From positions 1 to 57,396 of the forward strand of contig JAFGGO010000162.1 in the NCBI GenBank assembly GCA_016930515.1: a DNA stretch of 57,396 bases, written 5' to 3'. Under the pieces are notes generated by a model. It was given only the letters and a program-made list of their open reading frames with translations. It did no database searches and had not been told where the DNA came from. Made by a program: the position numbers and the translations under genes. The stretch's first letter is position 1; the number at the start of each line of letters is the position of its first letter. This stretch comes from Promethearchaeota archaeon (GTDB lineage Archaea > Asgardarchaeota > Lokiarchaeia > Sigyniarchaeales > SOKP01). Of this stretch, positions 57,311 to 57,396 are shown piece by piece.

Positions 57311-57396
57311 TGTTTGACCTGATTATGTATTTCAATTTAATTTTAAATTATTATTAATATACTAAATTGGAATAAATTTATATATGTATGTTGTTA

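Noticed and set aside
1-57396. tRNA, rRNA, integrase or transposase genes
   Set aside because: None recognised by eye; tRNAscan-SE and HMM searches were not run.

Overview
AT-rich archaeal chromosomal segment, most likely from an Asgard archaeon (Lokiarchaeia-like). The assignment rests on archaeal housekeeping genes (thrS, sepS, ribK/ribL, pth2, truD, map type II, thermosome, eL40, eL38, Alba) interleaved with eukaryotic-signature proteins: a Rab-like GTPase, two longin-domain proteins, a JAMM/MPN+ protease, RING-like zinc fingers and a DedA/VTT protein. Highlights: (1) an unannotated ~365-nt structured ncRNA candidate at 42586-42951 with its own TATA box, 12-bp terminal helix and oligo-T terminator, lacking RNase P and SRP hallmarks; (2) an accessory/defence island after the thermosome gene, with a GIY-YIG nuclease and a HerA/VirB4-like ATPase in one reading frame split by a single TAA, a PARIS-like ABC-ATPase/TOPRIM pair and a WD40-TIR fusion; (3) two wHTH + membrane-receptor modules coupled by ATGA overlaps, one receptor ending in a RING-like finger and the other in a longin domain next to a Rab-like GTPase; (4) a bacterial-type AspRS with non-discriminating signatures; (5) an ATT-initiated ribL; (6) several decayed paralog remnants. 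All calls were made by eye from motifs; no database searches were run.
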